NCBI GenBank assembly: GCA_963744145.1
Contig: CAVUSO010000001.1
Coordinates: forward strand, 6,208,001-6,272,000
Direction of reading: 5' to 3'
DNA: 64,000 nt
Source of the DNA: an uncultured cyanobacterium
GTDB lineage: Bacteria > Cyanobacteriota > Cyanobacteriia > Cyanobacteriales > CAWUOF01
The notes beneath the pieces were generated by a model. The model did no database searches. It was not told where the DNA came from and saw only the letters and a program-made list of their open reading frames with translations. The translations under genes were made by a program, and so were the position numbers. How positions within the stretch are numbered: position 1 is the stretch's first letter; the number at the start of each line of letters is the position of its first letter. This document shows positions 21,141 to 30,906 of the stretch, piece by piece.

Positions 21141-23735
21141 TTAAAAAAAATCAACTTGAAAATTTAATTGACTATCTATTTTTTCAAGCTCTCGAATTTG
21201 TTCAGCAATCCAAGCTTTTTCAGTTTCGCATTGTTTTTGGGTTTGTTGCTCCTGCCGTTCTTGCTGCTCTAATAAATTTTCCCACAGCGAAATAGCTTTT
21301 TCCATTAGATCGCTAGTCGGCTCAAATCGCTCATCAAATATTGCAATAATTCTTTCTTGTATCTGCTCAAAAATAGCCTGAGAAGATTCATTAAATTTCT
21401 GAAACCCTAACTCACAAACTTTTTGTTTTATTTTAGCTTTAACTGTATCGCCATCGAAAGCACTCCAACTCAAACCGCCAACAGTACCTGCTGCTAAACT
21501 AGCTAAAATAAGTGGAATAATACCAATTCCTGTAAACGCAAATAATCCAGCAAGTACGGCTCCACCAATTTTTAAACCACCCCCAAATCCGCCACTCCAT
21601 ACCTCACTAATTGATGAAGCAATTCCGCTTCCTTCGATACCAATTTCTCCCAGACCGCCCACTGTTGCTAAACTACTGAATTGAGCAAGAAGACTAGTGC
21701 TGAGTTGCTGATCATATTTTTGAAACTCTTGTCGAATGGTATAAATATTTTCTCCAATTTCGCTTTCAAAAACTTTCATATTTGGTTGCAATATTGCATT
21801 AACTCTTAGCTTTGCCCAGTCATCAATTTCCTTGGTAATATCTTCTACAAACTGATTGGCATAATCTTTAATCAACTCGTTTTGACTCCAAATATGCGAA
21901 TGTTCAGAAGTCCAGTTAGAAGCTTTTTTGATCATCCGATCGCCCAATCCTTCTACCCATTCATGCCAAGATTTAACAGTTTCTTCTAAACATTGTTGCA
22001 TTAATTTATGTGCTAACAGTTTAATTTTTACGTCGCGACCACTTACTTCGGCTATTAGTTCAAATATTTTCTGCTTATCTTCTTGTGAAACAGTCAATTT
22101 TCCCTCTAATATTTTCCTATATTGACTCAATTTATTGTAACCAGTATCAATTATTTGCTTAATCACTGTGGCTGACTGCTGAAGTGCGATCGCCCCACGT
22201 TCTTCTGTCAAAAAATGTTCAAGGGAGTCGATAAAATCATGAAAAGATTTCAGATAATTATTTTCTGTTCCATCTAAAATAGCATCTAGTGCGGATTGAG
22301 CGGAAATAAAATGAATCCGGTTTTCACCAGCAATCAAATTTTGATTATTGACAATTGTTTCTACCCTCTTTCTTACCTGTTTGCGACTTTCTTCCTGACG
22401 CAGCAAATCGGCAAAATTAACTAAAACAAAAATATTCTTTGCAGCTTCATTATCTCTACCAGGATTCAACTCTTTTTTCAAATACAAAAGCAGTTCCCGT
22501 TCTTTTTCTGTCAAAGCATTTTGAGCATGAGTCAAAAAAATTACTGCATCGCTAGTTTTGAGAACCTGTTCAGTAACTAACGTGCGTTCTGCGTGTTCGT
22601 TTAAACCGGGAGAATCAATAATTTCTACACCATTGCGGCACAATTCGAGATTAGGATGCTCGAAAATTATTTCTTGAAGTTCTGAATTGATAATTTCGTC
22701 CCCAACAGAACCTAAAGCTGCTTCCTCAGAAATTGAAGCTTTATCTTTATATTGCTGCGGTGAAATCTCCTCCTCACGTCCATTTTTGTATTTACAGATA
22801 ACCCGTTGCTTTTTTCCATACTTTAAAATTGTTACTGTACCGCTACAAGGAATATCCCGTACTGGTTGAATTTCCTCACCCAGCAAAGCATTGAGTAAAG
22901 TTGATTTACCTTTGCTAAATTCACCAACAACAGCAATACGAAATCCTTGAGATTTCAATTTGCAAAACTCTTTTGTTACTTCTTCGGTTAAAGTAGAAGC
23001 GATCACATTGCGATCGCTAGCATCTTGCAAAAATAAACATAGATTATAGCAAACTCCATACAGTTGTTTTCGATGATCCTGAAATTTTTTTAACTCTTGA
23101 TATAACGAGACTGCAAGCTTTTGGCTTTTTTGATGTTTCGGTTTTGCTGGTAAATGTTCGATAATGTGACTAGCCGCACGGATAAACAAAGAATCGAGAG
23201 ATTGAAATTGTGATGGATCAAGTAACGAATGAGTTTCCCCTAAAGCTTCTGTATCTCTTATTGCTTGATTGCTAAAACTGGCTTCTAAAACAGTTAAGTA
23301 TCGGGAGTCAAGTTCCAATCTGTTACTGATAAGTGTCAAATATCTTTTTTTATAATTATTAGTTGCCGTGTCTGACGCTGACATTTGATAACCAAAGCTA
23401 ATTAGCAATAGTTTTTCTTTCTCAGAAAAACACTCTGTGATTACTAAAAAATCCTGGATTTTTTGGTAAAATTGCTGATCTCGCACATTCTTAATTATCG
23501 GCCCTAGCAATTGTCGCAAATTGTTATTAGTGGGTATAAGTTTCTTCAAGGTTGTTACAAGTTGCTGCATTTCCTCAGCACTAGCAGTGCCCTTGACATA
23601 GATGACTCCCAGCAACACCGTGATCAGCGATACTAGGAAGAGGATCGATGGACTGACATCTTCTTTGCGAAGTTTTTGCCCAGTAAGAAGCGAAACAAAC
23701 TGAACCGTTTGCAAACTAATTAGCGAAGTATCCAT
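21141..23735 (-). CDS. Bacterial dynamin-like GTPase with an N-terminal TerB-like domain
   Basis: G1 VVGEFSKGKSTLLNALLG; G3 IIDSPGLN; G4-like NFAD; IHFISA; C-terminal hydrophobic paddle GLKIGGAVLAGLFAFTGIGIIPLILASL. N-terminal ~190 aa has the helical TerB pattern. Confidence 0.85.
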   Translation of the reverse strand: MDTSLISLQTVQFVSLLTGQKLRKEDVSPSILFLVSLITVLLGVIYVKGTASAEEMQQLVTTLKKLIPTNNNLRQLLGPIIKNVRDQQFYQKIQDFLVITECFSEKEKLLLISFGYQMSASDTATNNYKKRYLTLISNRLELDSRYLTVLEASFSNQAIRDTEALGETHSLLDPSQFQSLDSLFIRAASHIIEHLPAKPKHQKSQKLAVSLYQELKKFQDHRKQLYGVCYNLCLFLQDASDRNVIASTLTEEVTKEFCKLKSQGFRIAVVGEFSKGKSTLLNALLGEEIQPVRDIPCSGTVTILKYGKKQRVICKYKNGREEEISPQQYKDKASISEEAALGSVGDEIINSELQEIIFEHPNLELCRNGVEIIDSPGLNEHAERTLVTEQVLKTSDAVIFLTHAQNALTEKERELLLYLKKELNPGRDNEAAKNIFVLVNFADLLRQEESRKQVRKRVETIVNNQNLIAGENRIHFISAQSALDAILDGTENNYLKSFHDFIDSLEHFLTEERGAIALQQSATVIKQIIDTGYNKLSQYRKILEGKLTVSQEDKQKIFELIAEVSGRDVKIKLLAHKLMQQCLEETVKSWHEWVEGLGDRMIKKASNWTSEHSHIWSQNELIKDYANQFVEDITKEIDDWAKLRVNAILQPNMKVFESEIGENIYTIRQEFQKYDQQLSTSLLAQFSSLATVGGLGEIGIEGSGIASSISEVWSGGFGGGLKIGGAVLAGLFAFTGIGIIPLILASLAAGTVGGLSWSAFDGDTVKAKIKQKVCELGFQKFNESSQAIFEQIQERIIAIFDERFEPTSDLMEKAISLWENLLEQQERQEQQTQKQCETEKAWIAEQIRELEKIDSQLNFQVDFF

Positions 23736-23822
23736 TTGCAGCGTTATAGATATTGTTTATCTAGAATATAATCATTATAATAGATGAGTTATTCTGTAGA
23801 ATGATGCCAGGATAAAAATTTT

Positions 23823-25106
23823 ATGATGAATTTTGTATTTCCCGCAGCGGTACAGGCTGGAATAGCGGCTGGTAAGTATGTACAAGTGTTTACATCCGCT
23901 GGAGTGCCAATCGGTATGGCCAGAGATGCAGCAACGGGACATTTTGCGGCTCATGCCATTGGTGCGGTTGTCAACAATAGTCCTCTCACACCCTTAGTGT
24001 CTCCCATAAATTTGATCATGGGTGGCTTGCAGATGTACCAAACACACATGGGTTTTCAAGCAGTCCAAGCTAGTTTAGGAGTATTGCAAGCAACAACAGC
24101 TGTTATTGGTGTAGGCACTTTTGCAGGGGTAGCCTTGTCAGCAGTGAATTTATACCAGACATTGCAACTTAAAAAAGCGGTTGAGAGGCTAGAAATTAAA
24201 GTAGAAAATGGTTTCATCAATTTAGAGCAACTTTTGAAAGGCCAAGGAACGGAAATTAAGCAATTAATTTACCAAGTTCTTGAAGAGATGAAATTTGAGC
24301 AGCATCGTCTTGTGCTAGTTCAGGCTTACGGGTTATTTACACAAGCAATTCAACGAATGCGATCAGCCCTGAAACTGCAAGATATTAATCGCAGAAATGC
24401 TGAAATTGATGCTGCACGAGGGATGTTATTTGAAGCTTTAGCTGATTACAGAAATCCGCATTTATTAGAAGAAACTTGTACACCAGGACAGTTGCGTCGC
24501 TTCGAGTGTAGTTGGGTGATCGAACAAAGTATTATCAGCACCTATCAGATCCAAAATGAGTTTGTTGCCGCAAGCGATCGCATTATTCAGCTTCAAAACA
24601 CAATCCGTCAAGATGGGCTAAAAGTAATGGATGGCTGCGATTCTGACGATGAGCTAGATTTTCTCTACCCAGAAATCACAAGGATTCATAATCACGATTT
24701 AGCTTTATTAGACACTTGGCTTCATCAAATTGAATGGACGAAAGCTTTGCCGGAAAAAGAGTTAAAGCAGCTACAAAGTGCGGATTTCAGTGCCAATACT
24801 TCTACCACTGGGGATCAAAAATCAGCAACAACCGCTTTAGCGATCCCAGATGAACAATTACTTTATGAAAATTTGCGATCGAAGTCTCATTTTTACGCCC
24901 TTCGCACTCAACTAGAATTGATGCTAGACCCTCAGAAGCGTTCAGAATATGAAACGTATATTCAGGAGCAAGGGAAAATAGCGGGTCATAAAAGTTTAGT
25001 ACCGTCGAACTTGGAGAAAGCGTCTGATTTCGCTGTTGCTAATCTTTATTACTACTTTAAGGTTCGGGATAACTCGGAAGAACCAGAATTAGTGACTTCT
25101 TCCTAA
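23823..25106 (+). CDS. Uncharacterised protein with Gly/Ala-rich hydrophobic N-terminal helices and coiled coil
   Basis: Intact 427-aa ORF divergent from the dynamin gene; LGVLQATTAVIGVGTFAGVALSAVNLYQ followed by a heptad-rich helical region. Confidence 0.7.
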   Translation: MMNFVFPAAVQAGIAAGKYVQVFTSAGVPIGMARDAATGHFAAHAIGAVVNNSPLTPLVSPINLIMGGLQMYQTHMGFQAVQASLGVLQATTAVIGVGTFAGVALSAVNLYQTLQLKKAVERLEIKVENGFINLEQLLKGQGTEIKQLIYQVLEEMKFEQHRLVLVQAYGLFTQAIQRMRSALKLQDINRRNAEIDAARGMLFEALADYRNPHLLEETCTPGQLRRFECSWVIEQSIISTYQIQNEFVAASDRIIQLQNTIRQDGLKVMDGCDSDDELDFLYPEITRIHNHDLALLDTWLHQIEWTKALPEKELKQLQSADFSANTSTTGDQKSATTALAIPDEQLLYENLRSKSHFYALRTQLELMLDPQKRSEYETYIQEQGKIAGHKSLVPSNLEKASDFAVANLYYYFKVRDNSEEPELVTSS

Positions 25107-25135
25107 TGAAGTATCCTGAATAGGATTCAATTAAC

Positions 25136-25770
25136 TGTAGGGGCGAAGCATTCCGGCAGATCAGTCATAGGTAAACACCAGTAACTTTATCCCGGAATGC
25201 TTCGCCCTTCTTTCTGGTAGATCAGTTATAAACACCAGTAACTTTATCCCGGAATGCTTCGCCCTTCTTTCTGGTAGATCAGTTATAAACACCAGTAACT
25301 TTATCCCGGAATGCTTCGCCCTTCTTTCCGGCAGATCAGTCATAGGTCAATTCAATTAAGAATATTTTGGGGGATACGGGCAAATCAGGGCGAAGCATTC
25401 GGATATCATGTTAACCGTTGTGAACGATCGCTTATCGCCCGAATGCTTCGCCCCTACATTCCCACCTTCCCATATTCCCATCAAATCGTTAATCGATCGC
25501 TTGGGGATACGGGCAAATCAGGGCGAAGCATTCGGATATCATATTAACCGTTGTGAACGATCGCTTATCGCCCGAATGCTTCGCCCCTACATTCCCACCT
25601 TCCCATATTCCCATCAGATCATCAATCGATCGCTTGGGGATACGGGCAAATCAGGGCGAAGCATTCGGATATAGTATTAACGGTTGTGAACAGTAAATTA
25701 TCGCCCGAATGCTTCGCCCCTACATTCCCACATTCCCATATTCCTATCAGATCATTAATCGATCGCTTGG
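25136..25770. repeat. Composite GTAG-type REP array (right copy): A hairpin with 57-bp tandem expansions + 3 B units (period 133)
   Basis: Same A and B units, linker (TTAAGAATATTTTGG) and orientation as 20610-21012. Confidence 0.9.
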
Positions 25771-25831
25771 GTAAATTGAAATACTAAATGATAAAATATC
25801 CTTGTTCTATCTCAGTTATTATCTTTTTATA

Positions 25832-27055
25832 ATGATCCCTACAACCTCTCCTAATATCCCTCAATATGATTTTGCTGTCATTGGTGGTGGAATCGTCGGA
25901 TTGTCGATCGCGATGACATTAGGACGTTATCCTGATGCTCGGATTTTAGTTTTAGAAAAAGAACCCTCTTGGGCTGCACATCAAACTGGAAATAATAGTG
26001 GAGTTATTCATTCTGGTATTTATTATCAACCAGGTAGTTTGAAAGCAACATTTTCTCGTGAGGGAAATCGCTTATTAGCAGAATTTTGTCAACAGTATGG
26101 CATTGATTATGAAATTTGTGGTAAAATAATTGTCGCTACAGATTCAGAGGAATTACCGCTGTTAGAGAAACTTTACCAACGGGGATTAGCTAACGGGCTG
26201 AATGTAAAAAAAATTACGGCTGAAGAAGTTAAGGAAATTGAACCTCACGTTAGTTGTTTAGCTGGTATTCAAGTTAAAAGTACCGGAATTGTTAATTATA
26301 GACAAGTTAGTGAAAAATATGCAGAAATTATCGCTAAACAGGGTGGAGAACTTCGGTTATCGACGAAAGTAATTGGAATCCGGTCAACTTCTCAGGGTTA
26401 TATTATTAAAACTAATCAAGGTGATTTTTTAACTAAGTTTCTGGTGAATTGCGCTGGACTGTTTAGCGATCGCATTGCTCAACTCAGTGGAGTTAATCCC
26501 CAAATTAAGATTGTTCCTTTTCGGGGAGAATATTATGAAATAATCCCGGAAAAACGATATTTAGTTAAACACCTAATTTATCCCGTACCTAACCCTAATT
26601 TCCCCTTTTTAGGAGTTCACTTTACTCGCATGATTGATGGTAGTATTCATGCAGGTCCTAATGCAGTGCTGAGTTTTAAACGAGAAGGATATCAGAAAAT
26701 AGATATTAATTTACGTGATCTGGGGGAAATTATTACCTATCCTGGAGTATGGAAATTAGCTGCTAAATATGCAGACATCGGGTTTGAAGAAATTATTCGT
26801 TCGTTTAGCAAAGCTGCTTTTGTCCGAAGTCTACAAAAATTAATTCCTGCAATTGAAATTGATGATTTAGTTCCTAGTAATGCTGGAGTTCGGGCTCAAG
26901 CATTAACCAATGAAGGAAACTTAGTAGATGATTTTCTATTAATTCAGGAAAAGAATGCAATTCATGTTTGTAATGCACCTTCTCCTGCTGCGACAGCTTC
27001 TTTACCAATTGGTGAGGAAATTGTCAAGCAAATCGATAAAATGAGGTTTAACTGA
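25832..27055 (+). CDS. lhgO: L-2-hydroxyglutarate oxidase (FAD)
   Basis: VIGGGIVG, HQTGNNSGVIHSGIYY, IVPFRGEYY, PFLGVHFT and NAPSPAATAS. Confidence 0.9.
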   Translation: MIPTTSPNIPQYDFAVIGGGIVGLSIAMTLGRYPDARILVLEKEPSWAAHQTGNNSGVIHSGIYYQPGSLKATFSREGNRLLAEFCQQYGIDYEICGKIIVATDSEELPLLEKLYQRGLANGLNVKKITAEEVKEIEPHVSCLAGIQVKSTGIVNYRQVSEKYAEIIAKQGGELRLSTKVIGIRSTSQGYIIKTNQGDFLTKFLVNCAGLFSDRIAQLSGVNPQIKIVPFRGEYYEIIPEKRYLVKHLIYPVPNPNFPFLGVHFTRMIDGSIHAGPNAVLSFKREGYQKIDINLRDLGEIITYPGVWKLAAKYADIGFEEIIRSFSKAAFVRSLQKLIPAIEIDDLVPSNAGVRAQALTNEGNLVDDFLLIQEKNAIHVCNAPSPAATASLPIGEEIVKQIDKMRFN

Positions 27056-28133
27056 TACTTTGGAAATACTTCACTACTTCAGTCGCGATCGATTCACTTC
27101 CATTTTTATCAATCGGTTCTGATTGACGGGGAGGTAACAAAGGTTGATGTAAAAACTCCCAATTACCCTCAGTAAACTCAAGGGGAGTTAAAATTTGATG
27201 GTAACCGTAATTTTGCAAACCTTCTAACAATAAGGGAGCTTCAGCAAAACCTTCCCGTGATAAAGAAATCAAGGGTGTACCCAAACGAATAGCTTCAGCA
27301 AAGGTACTATAACCTGGTTTAGAAATAGCTCTACCACAGAGTAACATAAAATCGACTGGACGGTATTGATGTTCAGTCACTTTAATTAAATTAGGTAAAT
27401 CCGGTGCTTGACGATCGAAAGTAATAAATTGCCAATCAGGGAATAATTTTAGATTATCATAAGGTATTCCAGCTAATCCTAACCCACCAAAAGTTAGCAA
27501 AACTGTCTTTTCTGGAGGTGAATTAATCCCAAACTTAGACCGTAAATCATCTAAATTAAAAGCAGGAGTACCACCCGTCAATCCCACATCTTGAATCACA
27601 GGAAAAGCACTCAGAGACTCATAAAAAGGTAACCGAAATAAGCGATCGCACTGACTAAAACACTCTCCAATCCAATCCGCAATCTCGACAAACTCTCCAC
27701 CCCAATCGCGATAAATAAAATCCCAACCAAAATTACTCATCATCCAACCAGGAATTCCAGCAGTTTTAGCGATCGGTGCTGCTAAGGGAGGAATATCTGC
27801 TAACACTAAACCAACTTTATTTTGATGAATAAACTTCACTTCTCCAGCAATAATCGAATTTTGGTACTGTTGAATTTCCCGTAACTTTACCAAAGTAGCA
27901 CTTCGATCCATCTGTAAACTATCAGCTTGAATCACACCCACATCAAAAGCACGAGGACGGTGAATAAAATCTCCAGGGATATAAGATTCTAACAACCAAC
28001 GGGGTGCAGTTGTGACTAAAATTATCAAAATATCTGGATTTTGTTTTTGAATTTCAGCTACAACTGAAGCAGCTCTCACCGCGTGACCAAACCCATGATT
28101 AGTAACAGCAACATACAAAACTGCTCTAGACAT
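27048..28133 (-). CDS. GT-B glycosyltransferase-like protein
   Basis: TNHGFGHAVR, SNFGWDFIY and ISKPGYSTFAEA. Confidence 0.7.
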   Translation of the reverse strand: MSRAVLYVAVTNHGFGHAVRAASVVAEIQKQNPDILIILVTTAPRWLLESYIPGDFIHRPRAFDVGVIQADSLQMDRSATLVKLREIQQYQNSIIAGEVKFIHQNKVGLVLADIPPLAAPIAKTAGIPGWMMSNFGWDFIYRDWGGEFVEIADWIGECFSQCDRLFRLPFYESLSAFPVIQDVGLTGGTPAFNLDDLRSKFGINSPPEKTVLLTFGGLGLAGIPYDNLKLFPDWQFITFDRQAPDLPNLIKVTEHQYRPVDFMLLCGRAISKPGYSTFAEAIRLGTPLISLSREGFAEAPLLLEGLQNYGYHQILTPLEFTEGNWEFLHQPLLPPRQSEPIDKNGSESIATEVVKYFQSIS

Positions 28134-28156
28134 AAAATTTACCTACTTAACCATTA

Positions 28157-29341
28157 CTAATCTAACATCTGAGCGATCGTATCAATCATCCTGGTCATCT
28201 CTACTTGATTAGTAAAATAATGAACACAAGCACGAATACAATCAGGATGAAGAATAGTTCTCACCATCACATTTTGCTGTTCTAAAAGCTCCACAAACTG
28301 CTGATGGGATTTACCATTAACTAATTGAAAGGAAACTAACCCAGCTTCAGGAGGAGATTGATGTAAACACTTCACCTGGGAAAGTCCAGCTAACCCTGAC
28401 CAGAGAAACTTACTATTTTCACAAATTTGTTGGTAACGTGCTGTAGTTGAACCCCATTGATCATGGAGTGCGATCGCAGCACGTAATCCTGTCAATAAAG
28501 GATAAGCTGAAGTAGCTATTTCAAACCTTCTTCCATCCGGTTTCCAACCTTGAGGAGATCCAGACTGATCAATAACTATACTACGCCACCCAATAAAAGT
28601 TGGATGAATACTCTCTAAAATTTGAGGATGAATATACAAACCTCCCACACCTTCAGGTCCACACCACCATTTATGTCCAGTAAAAGCATAAAAATCTACA
28701 TTCAATTCAGCTAAATTGAGGGGTAACACACCTACTGATTGAGCAGCATCGACTAAAACTTTAATATTCTGAGCATAAGTATGACAAGCATTAATAATTT
28801 CTGCTAAAGGTAAAACCTGACCAGTATTCCAGAGAATATGACTTAAGACTACTAAACGAGTATTAGGGGACAACTGGGACACAATTGCATCAACAGGATT
28901 ACCTTCATTCAAGGTATCCAACAACGGTGCAATGGTAACTTCGATCTGAAAACGACGTTGGAGTTCCTTGACCGTAGCAATAATCCCCTGATGTTCACAA
29001 TCTGTCATTACCAGTCGATCGCCAGGTTGCCAATCTATCCCCCACATGGCAATATTACAACCAACGGTGACATCTTCGGTTAGGGTAATAGTAGCAGGGA
29101 CAACATTTAATTCTTTAGCGATCGCTGCTCGGGTTAAGTTTGTTTCTGCTACGATCCAATTATTTGTTCCCATGGTAAATGGTCCCAAATTTTGAATGTG
29201 CTGATAAGACTGATAAATTGCATCTAATGCGACTTGGGGTAGTGGTCCTTGACCCCCATAATTAAAATAAGCTTTATTAGATAAAGCTGGAAATTGCTGA
29301 CGAAAGTTTTCCATTGGAGGTTTAACGAGGGGAATGATCAT
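28157..29341 (-). CDS. Class V PLP aminotransferase (cystine C-S lyase type)
   Basis: YFNYGGQGPLP, LVDAAQSVG and FYAFTGHKW (PLP lysine). Confidence 0.85.
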   Translation of the reverse strand: MIIPLVKPPMENFRQQFPALSNKAYFNYGGQGPLPQVALDAIYQSYQHIQNLGPFTMGTNNWIVAETNLTRAAIAKELNVVPATITLTEDVTVGCNIAMWGIDWQPGDRLVMTDCEHQGIIATVKELQRRFQIEVTIAPLLDTLNEGNPVDAIVSQLSPNTRLVVLSHILWNTGQVLPLAEIINACHTYAQNIKVLVDAAQSVGVLPLNLAELNVDFYAFTGHKWWCGPEGVGGLYIHPQILESIHPTFIGWRSIVIDQSGSPQGWKPDGRRFEIATSAYPLLTGLRAAIALHDQWGSTTARYQQICENSKFLWSGLAGLSQVKCLHQSPPEAGLVSFQLVNGKSHQQFVELLEQQNVMVRTILHPDCIRACVHYFTNQVEMTRMIDTIAQMLD

Positions 29342-29409
29342 TGTGATCGGGAATCAAAATGTCCAAAAGCGATCGGATTCTAGCAGACAAATTCCTGCTA
29401 GTTTAAATC

Positions 29410-30852
29410 ATGTTAGTAACTTGTAAACGTCTCCTCAATTATCAACGCTGTCAACGTCGGGTATTTCTCGATATCTATGGTGATTTTAGTCAACTCGATC
29501 CCCCTAATGATTTTCTGCGAAAACTCAATCAAGATCGCTTGGTGCATCAACAGCAGGTTATGGTTGACCAAATTTATGAGCAACCAATCTATCCTAAATT
29601 TGATTTCCAAGCTGGAGCTGAAGCTACCCTAGCATTAATGCGTCAAGGAGTTGAGACAATTTACCATGGGGTATTATTAGCACCAGGACCGGAAGGGGTT
29701 ACTTTAGTTAGTTATCCTGATTTATTAAAAAAACATCCTGGTGAATCAGATTTTGGTGATTGGTTATATAGTGTTACGGATATTCAACTCAGTAAGCGTG
29801 CTAAACAGGATTATCAAATTATTGTCGCTTATCATACTTATATCTTAGCCGCAATTCAAGGAGCTTGGCCAGAAAATGGTTGGCTCAATTTACGAGAAAA
29901 AGGTCTTGCTGAGGTAGATTTGTGGAAGCGTTTACCACAAATGCAGGAAATTTTAACCGCATATATTACAACTTTACGTTCTGAACGAGAGCCAGAGATT
30001 TTTATTTCTCGGGAGAAATGTAGTTTATGTGGTTGGTTAAGTAGTTGTTCTGCGATCGCTCAATCCCAGCATCATTTGTCTTTATTACCGGGAGTAACTC
30101 CTAGTCGTTATAAGCGTTTACAATATCTAAATGTTACCTCAGTTGCATCTTTAGCTCATCTCAATCCAGCCGAATTAGAATTTTGGCAAGAATTTGAAAA
30201 TGGGATAGCTAAAAAAGTAGTAATGCAAGCTCAATCTGTGTTAGAAAATAAAGCGATCGTCATTGATAAACCTCAAAATATTGCTGAATCTAAATTATCT
30301 ACAAATCAGATAGAACTATATTTTGATATTGAATCTCAGCCAGATTTAGATTTTATCTATTTACATGGAGTTTTGGTAGTTGATCGAGCAGCTAACACAG
30401 AAATTTTTCATCCTTTTTTAGCTGAAAAAATCGAAGATGAAGGTAAAATTTGGTCAGATTTTCTGAATTTAGTTTGGCAATATCCTCAAGCACCAATTTT
30501 TCATTTTTGTGACTATGAAGTGGAAACCATTAAAAATTTAGCCAAGCTTTATCACACCCCCCAAGAAAAGTGGGAACCACTCTTAAAACGCTTTGTAGAT
30601 ATTCATGCTTTCGTCACCCAAACCACAATTTTACCCATAGAAGGATACGGATTAAAACAAATTGCTCGTTGGTTGGGATTTGAATGGCGCGATCGCAAAG
30701 CTAATGGTGGTCAATGTGTTTTTTGGTATGATACTTGGTTAAAAAATGGTGATCGATCATTTCTCGCAGCAATTCTTAGTTATAATGAAGATGATTGTCG
30801 AGCTACTTATCACGTTAAAGATTGGTTAGTTAAGTTTTTAGATCAGCTGTAG
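29410..30852 (+). CDS. TM0106-family RecB-like nuclease with a C-terminal RNase H-like domain
   Basis: YQRCQRRVFLD, SYPDLL, CSLCGW...C, LYFDIE, YGLKQIARWLGF and YNEDDCRAT. Confidence 0.8.
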   Translation: MLVTCKRLLNYQRCQRRVFLDIYGDFSQLDPPNDFLRKLNQDRLVHQQQVMVDQIYEQPIYPKFDFQAGAEATLALMRQGVETIYHGVLLAPGPEGVTLVSYPDLLKKHPGESDFGDWLYSVTDIQLSKRAKQDYQIIVAYHTYILAAIQGAWPENGWLNLREKGLAEVDLWKRLPQMQEILTAYITTLRSEREPEIFISREKCSLCGWLSSCSAIAQSQHHLSLLPGVTPSRYKRLQYLNVTSVASLAHLNPAELEFWQEFENGIAKKVVMQAQSVLENKAIVIDKPQNIAESKLSTNQIELYFDIESQPDLDFIYLHGVLVVDRAANTEIFHPFLAEKIEDEGKIWSDFLNLVWQYPQAPIFHFCDYEVETIKNLAKLYHTPQEKWEPLLKRFVDIHAFVTQTTILPIEGYGLKQIARWLGFEWRDRKANGGQCVFWYDTWLKNGDRSFLAAILSYNEDDCRATYHVKDWLVKFLDQL

Positions 30853-30906
30853 CAAGTGACCACTAAAACTATGCCACTTGCTAAACGGGCTATATTCTAC
30901 TTTTAA

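Noticed and set aside
25161..25674. Short repetitive ORFs (25161-25343, 25311-25547, 25408-25674)
   Set aside because: They are translations of the REP array.
20610..25770. Repeat arrays as CRISPR arrays
   Set aside because: Intervening sequences are near-identical rather than unique spacers, units are long GTAG hairpins, and no cas genes are present.
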